Shown here one piece after another: positions 47,401 to 56,000 of a DNA stretch of 64,000 nucleotides. Under the pieces are notes generated by a model. That model was not told the DNA's origin. It saw only the letters and a program-made list of their open reading frames with translations, and searched no databases. A program made the position numbers and the translations under genes. Source of the stretch: a virus (lineage: Duplodnaviria; Heunggongvirae; Uroviricota; Caudoviricetes); IMG/VR virus record IMGVR_UViG_3300042946_000906; one strand, 5' to 3'. Numbering within the stretch: the stretch's first letter is position 1; each line of letters starts with the position of its first letter.

Positions 47401-50400
47401 GTTTGTCTGAGATGCCTCAAGTGTGTCAAAAGTACGCAAGAATGTCTGGAATGATGTACTAACATCTTCTGGGTTCCCATCTTCATCTAATTTTGTTTCA
47501 GTGGATGATACAGTTGTTCTTTGCAAAAATGATAAAATACTCATTACATGGAATGATTGTTTATCAAGTTTACCAAATGTTTTACCATCTTTGTATGTCT
47601 GATTATTAAACTGAGCCACTCCTCCAAATAAAGACACTCTCATGTTGTCCATTAAAAGCTGTGCTTTTTTTGCATCAGCTGTGTCTTTACCGGCAAGCAA
47701 GTCTGCAAACAATGGATTATCTTTATAAAAATCTTTTAAGAAATCATTATAATAAGGATCTTTTCTTAATGTGTTTTCTAAACCTGTTCTTCTAAAAGCT
47801 TGAGCAGTTGAAATCAGCGGTGTGTATTTTGTATAACGATATACTGGTTTACCAGCAGCATTTCTTACAACACTTGGTCTATCAGTAGCGTCATATTTTA
47901 ATATATATTTTTGAAATTTGTAAGCAATACTAAAAAAACGCTTGAAGTTATCATTGTTTTCGTCAAGCATTTTACCAAATGCATTTGAAGTAATAGAATC
48001 ATTTTTAACAGTATTGTATATTGCTCTTATGTCATAGAACAAATCTTTTTGTAAAAACGCTTTATCAGCAATAAGAGAAGCATTAGCATCATAATGTAAA
48101 AGTGTTTTTTTATCTATTTGAGATAATCCATTATTATTATTGTCTATTTTATCAATTGCTAAAATTGACATTCTTATTAATGATTTTGGTAATTCAATAC
48201 CGACACCTTTGAAGGCATTGTATAAATCAAAAGTAAGAGTTTCTAAATCATTATTTGCTTTTGCAGCACTACCAAGAATTATCTTTTTATTAATAATTGT
48301 GTTTGATAATTCAATCAATCTGTTTACAGATGCTAAGTATTCAGGATCATTTCTTTTTTTAGCATGAGTGGTAATCATTGAAGCAATCATATTACTTCTT
48401 TTATTTTTTGAATCCATTTTTACAATAGTATCTCCTAATGTATAGTTTTCAATATTATTACCTTCTTCTTCAAATACTCCTGTTTTTAATCTGGCAATCA
48501 TCATAAAATATTCTGTTTCAGTACCGTGAAGTACGTCAACAAACATGTTATATAATTGTCTGTTAGAAGATGGATTACCATTTTCATCCATCCCGGTATA
48601 ATCTTTTAACTGATTATATACAGCTTGTAAATCTGCAGCATCGTTAAATTTACCATCTTCTCTGTAAACATCAGCAGTAACTTGTATCTGATTAATAATG
48701 TTGTCTACAGATACATCAGATGTGATTTTTAATAAAGTACCATAAATACTTTCTCCATCAATTACACGTGGAAAAGTTATACCTAAATCTTCTTCTTTTT
48801 CATAATTGATAATAGCAAGAAATCTTCTGATTTGTCTTGGCGCTGAATCAAGTCTGTTGTGTTCACCAAATCCTTCATCGATGTTTACGTCATCAGATAT
48901 TTCTTGACCATCTTCGTAGTCTTGATCTACTTGAGATTTTTTCTCATTTTCTCCAGCAAGTTCTTTTAATAAAAGTCCTTTATCAAGAGTTTCACCAGTT
49001 CCGTCTAATATAGAATATAACTCTTGTGATTTTTTCTTAACAAGTTTTTTTAATTTTTCAAGAGATACTTGTCCAAGATCGTTGTTTAACGGATCGGATT
49101 CATACTGCAGTATTTTATTTGGTAATATTCTTTTGTCATATGCAGCATTACCAGAGTTGTTTAAATCATAAATTGTTTCTCCAGTTGCTCTGGCTCCTAA
49201 CATAAATCGATATTGTGAAATAAGATTACCTTTTGTTTTAATAAGTTCTTGTACTCTGTTTGGATACTGTTCTGTATTTGGATTTTTTTCAATTAATCTA
49301 TCAAGGTTGTATACTTTATCAAGAATTAATCTTTGTGCTGTTTTAAACTTTTCTTCAAATGTTTGTGCTGATGTGTTTTCAATAACATATTTTGTCACCA
49401 TGTTTACTAACTGACTTTGATCAGATGCACTTAATGGCATTGCTTGTTGACTAACTCCAGTTGCAGATGTTTTATCTTTTACAATTACTTTTAAACCATC
49501 AATTACTTCATAAGCAACTTGACCATCATATAAATTTGACTGAATTTGCTTGCTACTATAGTAACCTCTTTGAATGTCTTTGTATGTACTATCAACAAGT
49601 TTACCTCTTTGAGTAAACATATCAATTAGTCTTTTAAGCATTTCGAATAGCTGTGCTACAAGACCTTGAGGTTTTGTATTTTTATTCATGTAGTTTTGGA
49701 AACCATCTGCAAGAATTTCTTCAGCTTTTAACTGAAACATTTTCTCATAATCATATACATAGTTTCTTTCACTTGCAAATTTTTTCAATGCTGCAGGTGT
49801 AAATGCTTTTTTGTATTTTTTGTTTGATGATACTGCATCAATAAGTTTTGCTCTTTGTTCTGGAGACATTAGATATCTAAACACACCATGAAATGCCTCA
49901 TGGTATACTACACCTTTTGACAATATAGAATTATTCAAATAGATAACTCTATCTTTAAACATACCAAGTACAGTTCCATCAATTGCTGCTAAATCAACAA
50001 TGCTTGCAATATCTTCTGTTGATATACCAAACTGTGGTAAATTTTCTTGCAACCACTGAACAGAGTTTTGTCTTTCTGCTTCTGTTTCAGTTTGCACCTC
50101 AGTGTCAGAAATAGAAAACACATCAATTTCTGGAATATCATCGTTTACGTCAATTTGTTCTGTAGTAGTTCCTTCTGCGTATTCTGCAGATGGTAATGGT
50201 TGACTTACTGGTATATTTTCAATCGGATGATTTGTAACTTCTAATGGTTCTACGTTTGCAACAGGCATGTTAGTTGCAGATGGAGATTTAGAAGTAATAA
50301 CAAGTTTTTTTACAGGTATAGTTTTAATATCTAAACTACTTAGGCTTTTATCGTAGTTTTGTCTTGCTTGTGTTTTATTATTATTTGCAAATTCAATACG

Positions 50401-52992
50401 CGGAATGTATGCTCCTTCTTCATTAACATCTACAACTAAATGTTTAGGATCTGGAAAATCATTCATAAAGTTTTCAGTAAACCCTTCATATTTTTTACCA
50501 ACTACTAATAGCTTATCAATTACTCTTTCAATAATTATTTCAGAAAACTTTTGTTGTTGTTTTTTAATTTCGTCTACAAGAGCAACTATATTTTCAGATG
50601 GATTTTCTTCTTTAGATAATTGATTTACTAATGAATAGAATTTTGCAAGATCTTTTTGTTTTGTAAGATCCAATTCTGAAAATATAATGTTTTCATTAAT
50701 TACTTTTGTAACTAACGGACCTCCTCTTAAAGCAGCTGCTAAAGTTTTTATGTCTTTTTCAGGTGATAAAATAGTTGTACCATCTGCTGCAAACATTGGT
50801 CTAAAAGAAAAATTAAAATCTGATTTAAGTTCTTTATCTCCCATGAAACCGTATTTGCCTGTACTACTTACAGGTCTGACTTCAACTTGTAAAAATCCTT
50901 CAGCGTCACTTGCAAAATTTACATATAATTCCAAGTTATCATTTTTAGATGCAAACTTTTTAAAAGCGTAAACATTTCTATTAAAATCTTGCAACAGAGC
51001 TTTTTTATTTGGAGAATTTAATACATCAGCCAAAGTTGTCATAAATGTAGCAAACCCTTCTTCTTGTGATAATACATATACAGGTCGTACAACTCTAAAA
51101 CCATATGTACGGTTGTTGTTAAAACGAATAATTATGTTTGTAGTTGTTTCAACATATTGATTTTTAAGTATATTGTTTTTAATATACTCATCAGTAAGTT
51201 TTATATTAGGATCGAAATAAGAAGTCAAATATGCATCTTGTGTAACTTTATCAATAACTCCACCGTTTTCATCTTTTATAATAATACGCTCATTAGCACC
51301 TAAAGTATTGATTAAAGTAAACTTGTTTAATTTATCTTTATCAGGAAATTTTCCAGTTTTTTTATCAAACTTGTCTTTGATTTTGCTAAATGCAAATACA
51401 ACATTGCGCTCTTCTTCTTTGATTATATTACCAGCATTATCAATTGTTCCAATTGTCAACTTGCGAGAAAGATTAGGTTCAGACTCAATTACTTCAGATA
51501 AGTTTTGTCTTGTCTCTTTACCAAAAGTTTGTGTGCCAATGTTATATTGTGAAAAAAATTCTTTAGTAACATCTATAGAAGTTACATCATCTGAGAATTG
51601 ATCTTCAATACTGTTTGTTAATTGCTCTTTAAATGTTTTATATACTTCATGAGCATTTTTTATTGTAAGTAAATCATCTTCAGTTAATTCATCTTGACTT
51701 TTATCTGATAATCTTTTAATAGATAATTCTTTAACTTTTGCAAGATGCACAGGATTTGAAAAGTCTATTTTTTCTGTAGTGTTATCACTATTTAAGAAAA
51801 CATAGTTGTCAAGTGGATACAAGTAAAATTTTTCACCGGTTCCAATTATTTCACCCATCAACGCAAATTTACTATCTGCTTTCTGTGGTCTTGCAACAGT
51901 AATAACTGTTCCTTTAGAAGTAGATTTTAAATAATTAATTTGAGTCTCATTCTCAAATGTTTCATATGTTCTATTACCAAGACCTTTGTATTGTGGATTT
52001 GCAGCAAGTCCCTGTATTCTCTTTAGACGTTCATCACCAACAGTACTTAATTGTACAGCAATTATCCGTACACCAGCTTCTGGGTTGTCCATTTTTTTAA
52101 GCTTATCTTCAATTTTATCTTTAAGATAAACAGTATTTTCTACAGGTTGGATCTTAAAATTAGATGTAATAGTGTCTTCAAAAAATTCTTGTTTACCAGT
52201 GTTACTATTAGAGTAATCATCGTTACGTGCATTTTTTGTAGAAAGTATATCAATTTCATCAAGTTGAAATTCGTTACCATCTTCTGTCATAATAAACAAA
52301 CCTTCTGGTTTAGCTATTGCCTCAAGCATTTGACCATTTTTCAAAGTAACAAGTACATTGTTTAATTCTGCAAGAGATGCAATATCACGCAATGATATGA
52401 AATCAGATTTTTTATCTAATGATTCTATAACAGAATCAATTCTTGCTAATAAAAATTCTTTCTGAGAATCAGTAGTATTTAATTCACGAATAACATCTTT
52501 TAATTCTGAAGTTATACTTTTTAATACTTCAGCTCTTTCTTCAAGACTTGCAAACTCATGAGTGTTAAAATAATTTTTTATGGCAGTAAGCACACCATTT
52601 GATCCTGTTAAATCATTACCGGTGATTGTATTCTTTTTAGAAAGTGCCTCTATCTTTTTTTCAATAACTTCTGCTTTTAATGAAGGTGCTTTTTTAATAG
52701 TGTAAAGATTGCTTACAGCTGATAGAAACGCATCCGGTTCAGAAAGTAACACTTTTGCTTCTGCAATTTTTACAGCATTACCAACTTGATAAAATGATTT
52801 ATCAAGATCATTTAAACCAATGTATATCTCTGATATTGAAAATAAAGAAAGTGATTTCTCATTGTTTGAGAGACCACTCTTTAAAATAAACTCCGCTGTT
52901 TTATCAAAGTTTCTATATATCTCAGGATTTAATTTAATAAGGTTCTTTACAATTGATACATATTGACCAGTTGTTATTTCACACTGTTTCAT
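41461..52992 (-). CDS. giant virion protein (3843 aa) with DFDVD (two-barrel RNAP-like) and HEAFH (zincin-like) motifs; candidate virion-packaged RNA polymerase
   Basis: Single 11.5-kb ORF. GSDFDVDS at residues 2701-2708 (nt 44872-44886) resembles the NADFDGD Mg2+ site of β'-type double-psi β-barrel RNAPs. VYHEAFHGVF at residues 1029-1038 (nt 49888-49902) is an HExxH motif. Size and position (after tail genes, minus strand) match crAss-like vRNAP/cargo genes; that is an inference. Confidence 0.6.
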   Translation of the reverse strand: MKQCEITTGQYVSIVKNLIKLNPEIYRNFDKTAEFILKSGLSNNEKSLSLFSISEIYIGLNDLDKSFYQVGNAVKIAEAKVLLSEPDAFLSAVSNLYTIKKAPSLKAEVIEKKIEALSKKNTITGNDLTGSNGVLTAIKNYFNTHEFASLEERAEVLKSITSELKDVIRELNTTDSQKEFLLARIDSVIESLDKKSDFISLRDIASLAELNNVLVTLKNGQMLEAIAKPEGLFIMTEDGNEFQLDEIDILSTKNARNDDYSNSNTGKQEFFEDTITSNFKIQPVENTVYLKDKIEDKLKKMDNPEAGVRIIAVQLSTVGDERLKRIQGLAANPQYKGLGNRTYETFENETQINYLKSTSKGTVITVARPQKADSKFALMGEIIGTGEKFYLYPLDNYVFLNSDNTTEKIDFSNPVHLAKVKELSIKRLSDKSQDELTEDDLLTIKNAHEVYKTFKEQLTNSIEDQFSDDVTSIDVTKEFFSQYNIGTQTFGKETRQNLSEVIESEPNLSRKLTIGTIDNAGNIIKEEERNVVFAFSKIKDKFDKKTGKFPDKDKLNKFTLINTLGANERIIIKDENGGVIDKVTQDAYLTSYFDPNIKLTDEYIKNNILKNQYVETTTNIIIRFNNNRTYGFRVVRPVYVLSQEEGFATFMTTLADVLNSPNKKALLQDFNRNVYAFKKFASKNDNLELYVNFASDAEGFLQVEVRPVSSTGKYGFMGDKELKSDFNFSFRPMFAADGTTILSPEKDIKTLAAALRGGPLVTKVINENIIFSELDLTKQKDLAKFYSLVNQLSKEENPSENIVALVDEIKKQQQKFSEIIIERVIDKLLVVGKKYEGFTENFMNDFPDPKHLVVDVNEEGAYIPRIEFANNNKTQARQNYDKSLSSLDIKTIPVKKLVITSKSPSATNMPVANVEPLEVTNHPIENIPVSQPLPSAEYAEGTTTEQIDVNDDIPEIDVFSISDTEVQTETEAERQNSVQWLQENLPQFGISTEDIASIVDLAAIDGTVLGMFKDRVIYLNNSILSKGVVYHEAFHGVFRYLMSPEQRAKLIDAVSSNKKYKKAFTPAALKKFASERNYVYDYEKMFQLKAEEILADGFQNYMNKNTKPQGLVAQLFEMLKRLIDMFTQRGKLVDSTYKDIQRGYYSSKQIQSNLYDGQVAYEVIDGLKVIVKDKTSATGVSQQAMPLSASDQSQLVNMVTKYVIENTSAQTFEEKFKTAQRLILDKVYNLDRLIEKNPNTEQYPNRVQELIKTKGNLISQYRFMLGARATGETIYDLNNSGNAAYDKRILPNKILQYESDPLNNDLGQVSLEKLKKLVKKKSQELYSILDGTGETLDKGLLLKELAGENEKKSQVDQDYEDGQEISDDVNIDEGFGEHNRLDSAPRQIRRFLAIINYEKEEDLGITFPRVIDGESIYGTLLKITSDVSVDNIINQIQVTADVYREDGKFNDAADLQAVYNQLKDYTGMDENGNPSSNRQLYNMFVDVLHGTETEYFMMIARLKTGVFEEEGNNIENYTLGDTIVKMDSKNKRSNMIASMITTHAKKRNDPEYLASVNRLIELSNTIINKKIILGSAAKANNDLETLTFDLYNAFKGVGIELPKSLIRMSILAIDKIDNNNNGLSQIDKKTLLHYDANASLIADKAFLQKDLFYDIRAIYNTVKNDSITSNAFGKMLDENNDNFKRFFSIAYKFQKYILKYDATDRPSVVRNAAGKPVYRYTKYTPLISTAQAFRRTGLENTLRKDPYYNDFLKDFYKDNPLFADLLAGKDTADAKKAQLLMDNMRVSLFGGVAQFNNQTYKDGKTFGKLDKQSFHVMSILSFLQRTTVSSTETKLDEDGNPEDVSTSFQTFLRTFDTLEASQTNFLITSIYKPYADKTGLLKEGKHLKIVADLEGKVKQEFNRIKKEWNSRVDNKSNFDSGKSNRIINKYNGVLSKENVTEADTESENLRAYNFNYLPYFFAAPENDTLTQTLIGLAKDKNINFEDIDESTLADLREGLNNYALQELNTYINTLKNLGVVKENEETVKALKKDPATGKTITDVEGNPIVFETKQPPLRYLTSSLIADKLKIDSRPDQSTTTVYAGTKPNYDVRAELQSRSDLNGLLADYFFNQWYNSLMVNELFLGDKAMNVKDGIDSTKRNKKLLASGSTMKAGKHTVTYLNTIEGYINDKYPEYGPFYNPQEVLNDIQITDDAVRDYIYRNFKLNQKVFDGQSISTLFHQADMHDALGRLTPEILSSLIAKQYRELTEEEVRNMEKNKVVNNPKKTVTASRNVYHKQSEAYIDRNDVSRLIVPEGKTRDQVYDDLHSKYMYIYSLRNQIQESHKINDTGEFDTTIEDLEKSIQDTYVKIHAYYVPLPNRVKLHKILNSMEYHNIDQLMDTEASKNATKLPVDFFGHEAEEYLPLNLSSLRVNNEDKYLQVETSGVHDTARFSVQGKILLPADLKYIEQLAEKRHAEDGTVMSSSERKAMNQLGDVLLKYQESLYDIADSNLQSLKHFMRKGEDFDLGKVFDLIRENLETQNAPASVLKLFDVDASGKPVHSPNLPGIRSMLEYYFFSLYSKHVTDEKGSGFKNIHVSSFGLDVLENEDGEVVTTEDYKNNPERYPNVKSRPLGVRIEAKYDSNGELISKKYFVECILPKQFFRSQQQEDFFMENLREMFALRIPTEDKRSMIVLKVVDYVDSSNMNTIVVPQFIHLLAGSDFDVDSLYGQTYAHYINAAGDYAKYGNYDVYKSPAQGKFIEYIHYMANDENFKKLIKAKRKEILESKELVITANALEVMYGMGYTQEDYIKALTAGVIDDLESYESDLEEDIVDIKSEKEVSRQAFVQAKRDTENDSNDYVAKANRRKFGKEHFDLKNELDETYQERNKVRAEKRRLLTLVDGAVRIEAALQVFEKYGLPVDQANFDSNIVNHLSVLPIHQNNNLDAKINILSNEAVFKNLYIHAKSSTEYFESIVEGYGRDLENFGPKSDPNTITSIIESKYLGSAYKDMIGIAASLQKFLALASQYELELNSNNVVWKFFSNDLQADGTTKITENNLFKFGAINKNGQRVIELNGIVLGIAADGMKKPIPAALEMNEINTGVTLAMIGIGLDPAFAFGFNFIPEIRNAINEVQASRFAISESISTEYLFLNDRIGKQIEKFVKTNGDRKLLNELIDAGLIAPDSYAVNVKINKDNLMIDFKQTPLDEYRLENNVLTTEDIGYEVSAYVGGVKTALSNEAQKLILLQLYKEQSQQAWKIRNAGAIVDLYKKLNPTFVSFDKLYKNINQLRDGESIFTVESSDKLFNGKQVWVPLTESMDDLKEQSSKIFLERTSFFQPIKNLFDTVFTDPSNIAKIMTSFVALRKYQLSLPGSRKSTNASMQANFDADDRNLIETFTADYWFKNSLDKELDAMKDLYPDNKFLQYLKVSNNTATVFTTTNQPVQEKTLEMVNKAKIAGELADSISNDAYVLYKKENLFMKKLFYHELARTGLQYKSGSFLQYLPAELQIPLSKNIEDFIKAIESTQGNKKELIDAIKSFIGDESTTTQEQVYKLFDDLFVLMAHGASKEVSNKKIKGVKNISYNESADYASKFMKNINFQTTDAKERIDIANKIVGNILGLVVTADKKGFLLTDRLTSGKLEEIVINMKGADSIPEATSQAVMAVGEKLNIFKDKDDKNKFKFPVMLKLGSTTYLLQGVDEEIGNKSFGKSIINSIAGVGEYRTTGNAAKYVALPMELTTNTLSPIGFSIEQSKRYMSLINKKAKVDMSEFDLAEAMSEGLTADMFEDYSIKPETSAPLTQLELDIQNINVTFDVVKHFYEQSGKRQSLEAYSKTFADMAVQLKSTGLSNQEIIEKLKCL

Positions 52993-53011
52993 AAAAAGTG
53001 ATTTTTTTAAA

Positions 53012-56000
53012 TTACTTAAAGCACTCTGCTGCTTTCTTTAATTGTTCAAGTATTGAGGATTCAGAAATAGGTTCCTCACTTACAAATTTACTAATTTCTT
53101 TTGAATTTTCTTGTACAATTGATTTAAAATCTGCAAGTTCATTGTTCAAACTTTCTAAAATATTACGACCAGTAGACAACACGTTAGGTGTTTCAACTGT
53201 GTCAAATAAACTTGTTTGAACTTCTTCAGTAGGTTTAGCAACAGTAACTTTTTTTGAAGTGTATTTAATTCTTTTACCTGTTATAACAGATTCTCTAATG
53301 CCTTCAAGACTTTTTCTACCTTCTTTTGTAGCAGCGTATTCTTCTAATGTTTTAAACTCAGTACCGTTTTTCTTATTGTACAACTTCATTGCTTTCTCAC
53401 CACGCGATTGCATGCTGGTATACTTTACAGTATCCATTTTGTCTTCAATGTTTGTCAATACTTCATCCATAAATTTCTTTACAAAATCAATGTCTTTTCT
53501 TGTGTTGTTTGCAGAAGTTGCAATCTCATCAGCTTTTGTTTCAGTATCAACAGTTTGTAGTACATTGTTACTTGTGTCTTTAACATCGTATGTTTGAGCA
53601 TCATTTGTTGTAACCGTAAAAGGTTCTGCTGCAGATTCAACTGGAGTTTCTCCAAGTAATGAACTTAAGAAATTAACTTCTGCAGCACTTACAAAACCTT
53701 CTTCATTACTTTCAGTTAATTGCGTAACATTAGGAGTAGGAGCCGGTGCAGGAGTTACAGGAGCAACAGTCGCAACAGGTGTTACAGGCAATTCTATTGG
53801 CTGAGATATTTCATCAGGAATTCCTTGTGTAGTAGTAACAGCTGCTTCAGGTATTTCTGGTTCAGGAGCATTTGATGCTGGAGTTTCTTTTAATTTTTTA
53901 TTTAATGCAGCAAGTACATAATTTCTTTCTTGTAATAAATCATCTATTTCTTGTTGTGTACCTTGAATACTTAATTCATCATACGCCTCATTAATGCTAT
54001 TAAGATTATCTTGTAACTCAACTACAGACATGTCCATGTACTGTTGACCCGGAGTTGTCTCAGGTATTTCACTAACAGGAGTTTCAGAAGTATTTGTCAT
54101 TGCTTCAGATGCTGCAATAGCTTCTGCTTCAGTATCATAACCTTCAGTAATAATCTCATCATTAGTTGTTGCTACACCCCATTTACCATCAGGATCCTTA
54201 AATGTTTTTGTACCTGTTTTTTCTTCAGATATTTTTTGTTTTGCTATTGCAACTTGAGCATCAATAGACTCTTTAAACTGTTCTGAGTTTACAAGTTTTT
54301 GTTCATTTTCTCCAAGCGCAATTTCACCACGAGCAATTTTGTCTACAAGTAATTGTTCTTTAATAGGTTCAATTTTACCAGTAGCAATCATTTGATCATA
54401 GTCTTCGTCAGTAATGTCTTGAGTATATTCACTTGGTGCATACTTTTTAACTATGTCTGCAAATTTTGCTGTAACATTGTCTTTAAGAGAACCAAGTAAT
54501 TTGTCTACATACTCACCATTTTGTATACCAAGATTTGGATCAAGAGCAACCGTTAATAAGTTTTTATAATTCTCATCTTGATACATCATCTCCATGATCT
54601 CAAAACCAATTGCAAGTTTATCTGATTCATTAAATGAACTATTAACTTCTTCTAAACTGTCAAGCAATCCTCCTTTACCATAAACATGTTGTATAATTGT
54701 AACATTATATCTGTCTAAAAATGATATTACATTAAACTTCATTTTACCATCAGTCATTTTACTAATAGCATGTTTAAAGTTTTTAGGATTCATAAGAGTA
54801 TCAACAGCATTCATGTAGTCTTTTGTATCCTTGTCAAGTTTCATGTAATCTACTAACTTGCTGTGAACATCGCGCATTTCTGTTTCAGAAATTTGTGTAT
54901 CTACTCCAGCTTGTCGATTTTTAACATTTAATAATTGTCTAAATACTTCAATGACCTCATCATCATTTGTATCAAATGTTGTTTCAATTGTGTCTAAAGG
55001 TTCTCCGTATCCGTCAAGTAATGTTTGTTTTTTGTCAATACGTTTACCAACAAAAGTATCTAATACTATATTTTCTACCGGTACTATTTCACCTTGTTCA
55101 TTTAATGAAATACTTGCATCAACTCTATTACTGAAAAATGATTGCCATTTTTCTAAGTTTGCAAGTTCTTCTTCCTTGTCTTTAATTTGTTTTTCAATCT
55201 TAGGTTTCAAACTCTCGTCTGTATTCTCTTTAAGATTGTTTCTATAAATTCTTAATTCAGACATTATGTTTCCCTTTTCATCATTAAGAATCTTAGGATC
55301 TGTCAGAACTCGGATAACATAATCAGAACTGTTTGCAATACTCTGATTACTTAATAATTCTTGTGCGATTTGTTGTGCACGTTTTGCAGTCATGTCTCCT
55401 TTAACTGCATTCATAGCAATTGTATGAACAGCATCTTCTTCTGCAGAACGAGCAATCATTGCAGTAAAATATTCTTTACTACCTTGAGTGTATAAAGTTG
55501 GTTCAGTAAAAGTCTTAACCTTGTTTCTTATACTGTCAGTTACATCAGAATATTTTTTAATATCTTTTGCAAGACTTTTTGAAAATTCTAATGGAGTTGT
55601 GTATTTAGTATCTTCAAGTTTTACACCAAATGATTTTTCAAAATCTTCATTTGACATATCAACTCCCATTTCTTTTACCACTCTTTGTAATACGTCAATC
55701 GATTCTGTGCGTTTTGCGGCACTAATTGCAGAAACTAATGCGTTATCTCTACTGTTTTCGAATTCGTATCTTAAACCTTTCGCAGCAGCTTCAGCTTGGT
55801 TCTGTCCTTCTTGTGTTTGATTGACAAAATTTACAATCTTATGTTTAAATGTTCTTTCTTCTGTTTGTTTAAAGAAAGTATTTAAAGTTTCAATGTCTTT
55901 GTCAAATTGTTTTCTAACTCTTTCAACAGGATTTTCACCAGGATTTTTTGCGTACTGTCTTTCGTTAATTTTGTTAGATGCAGCTTCTAATCCTTTGGTT

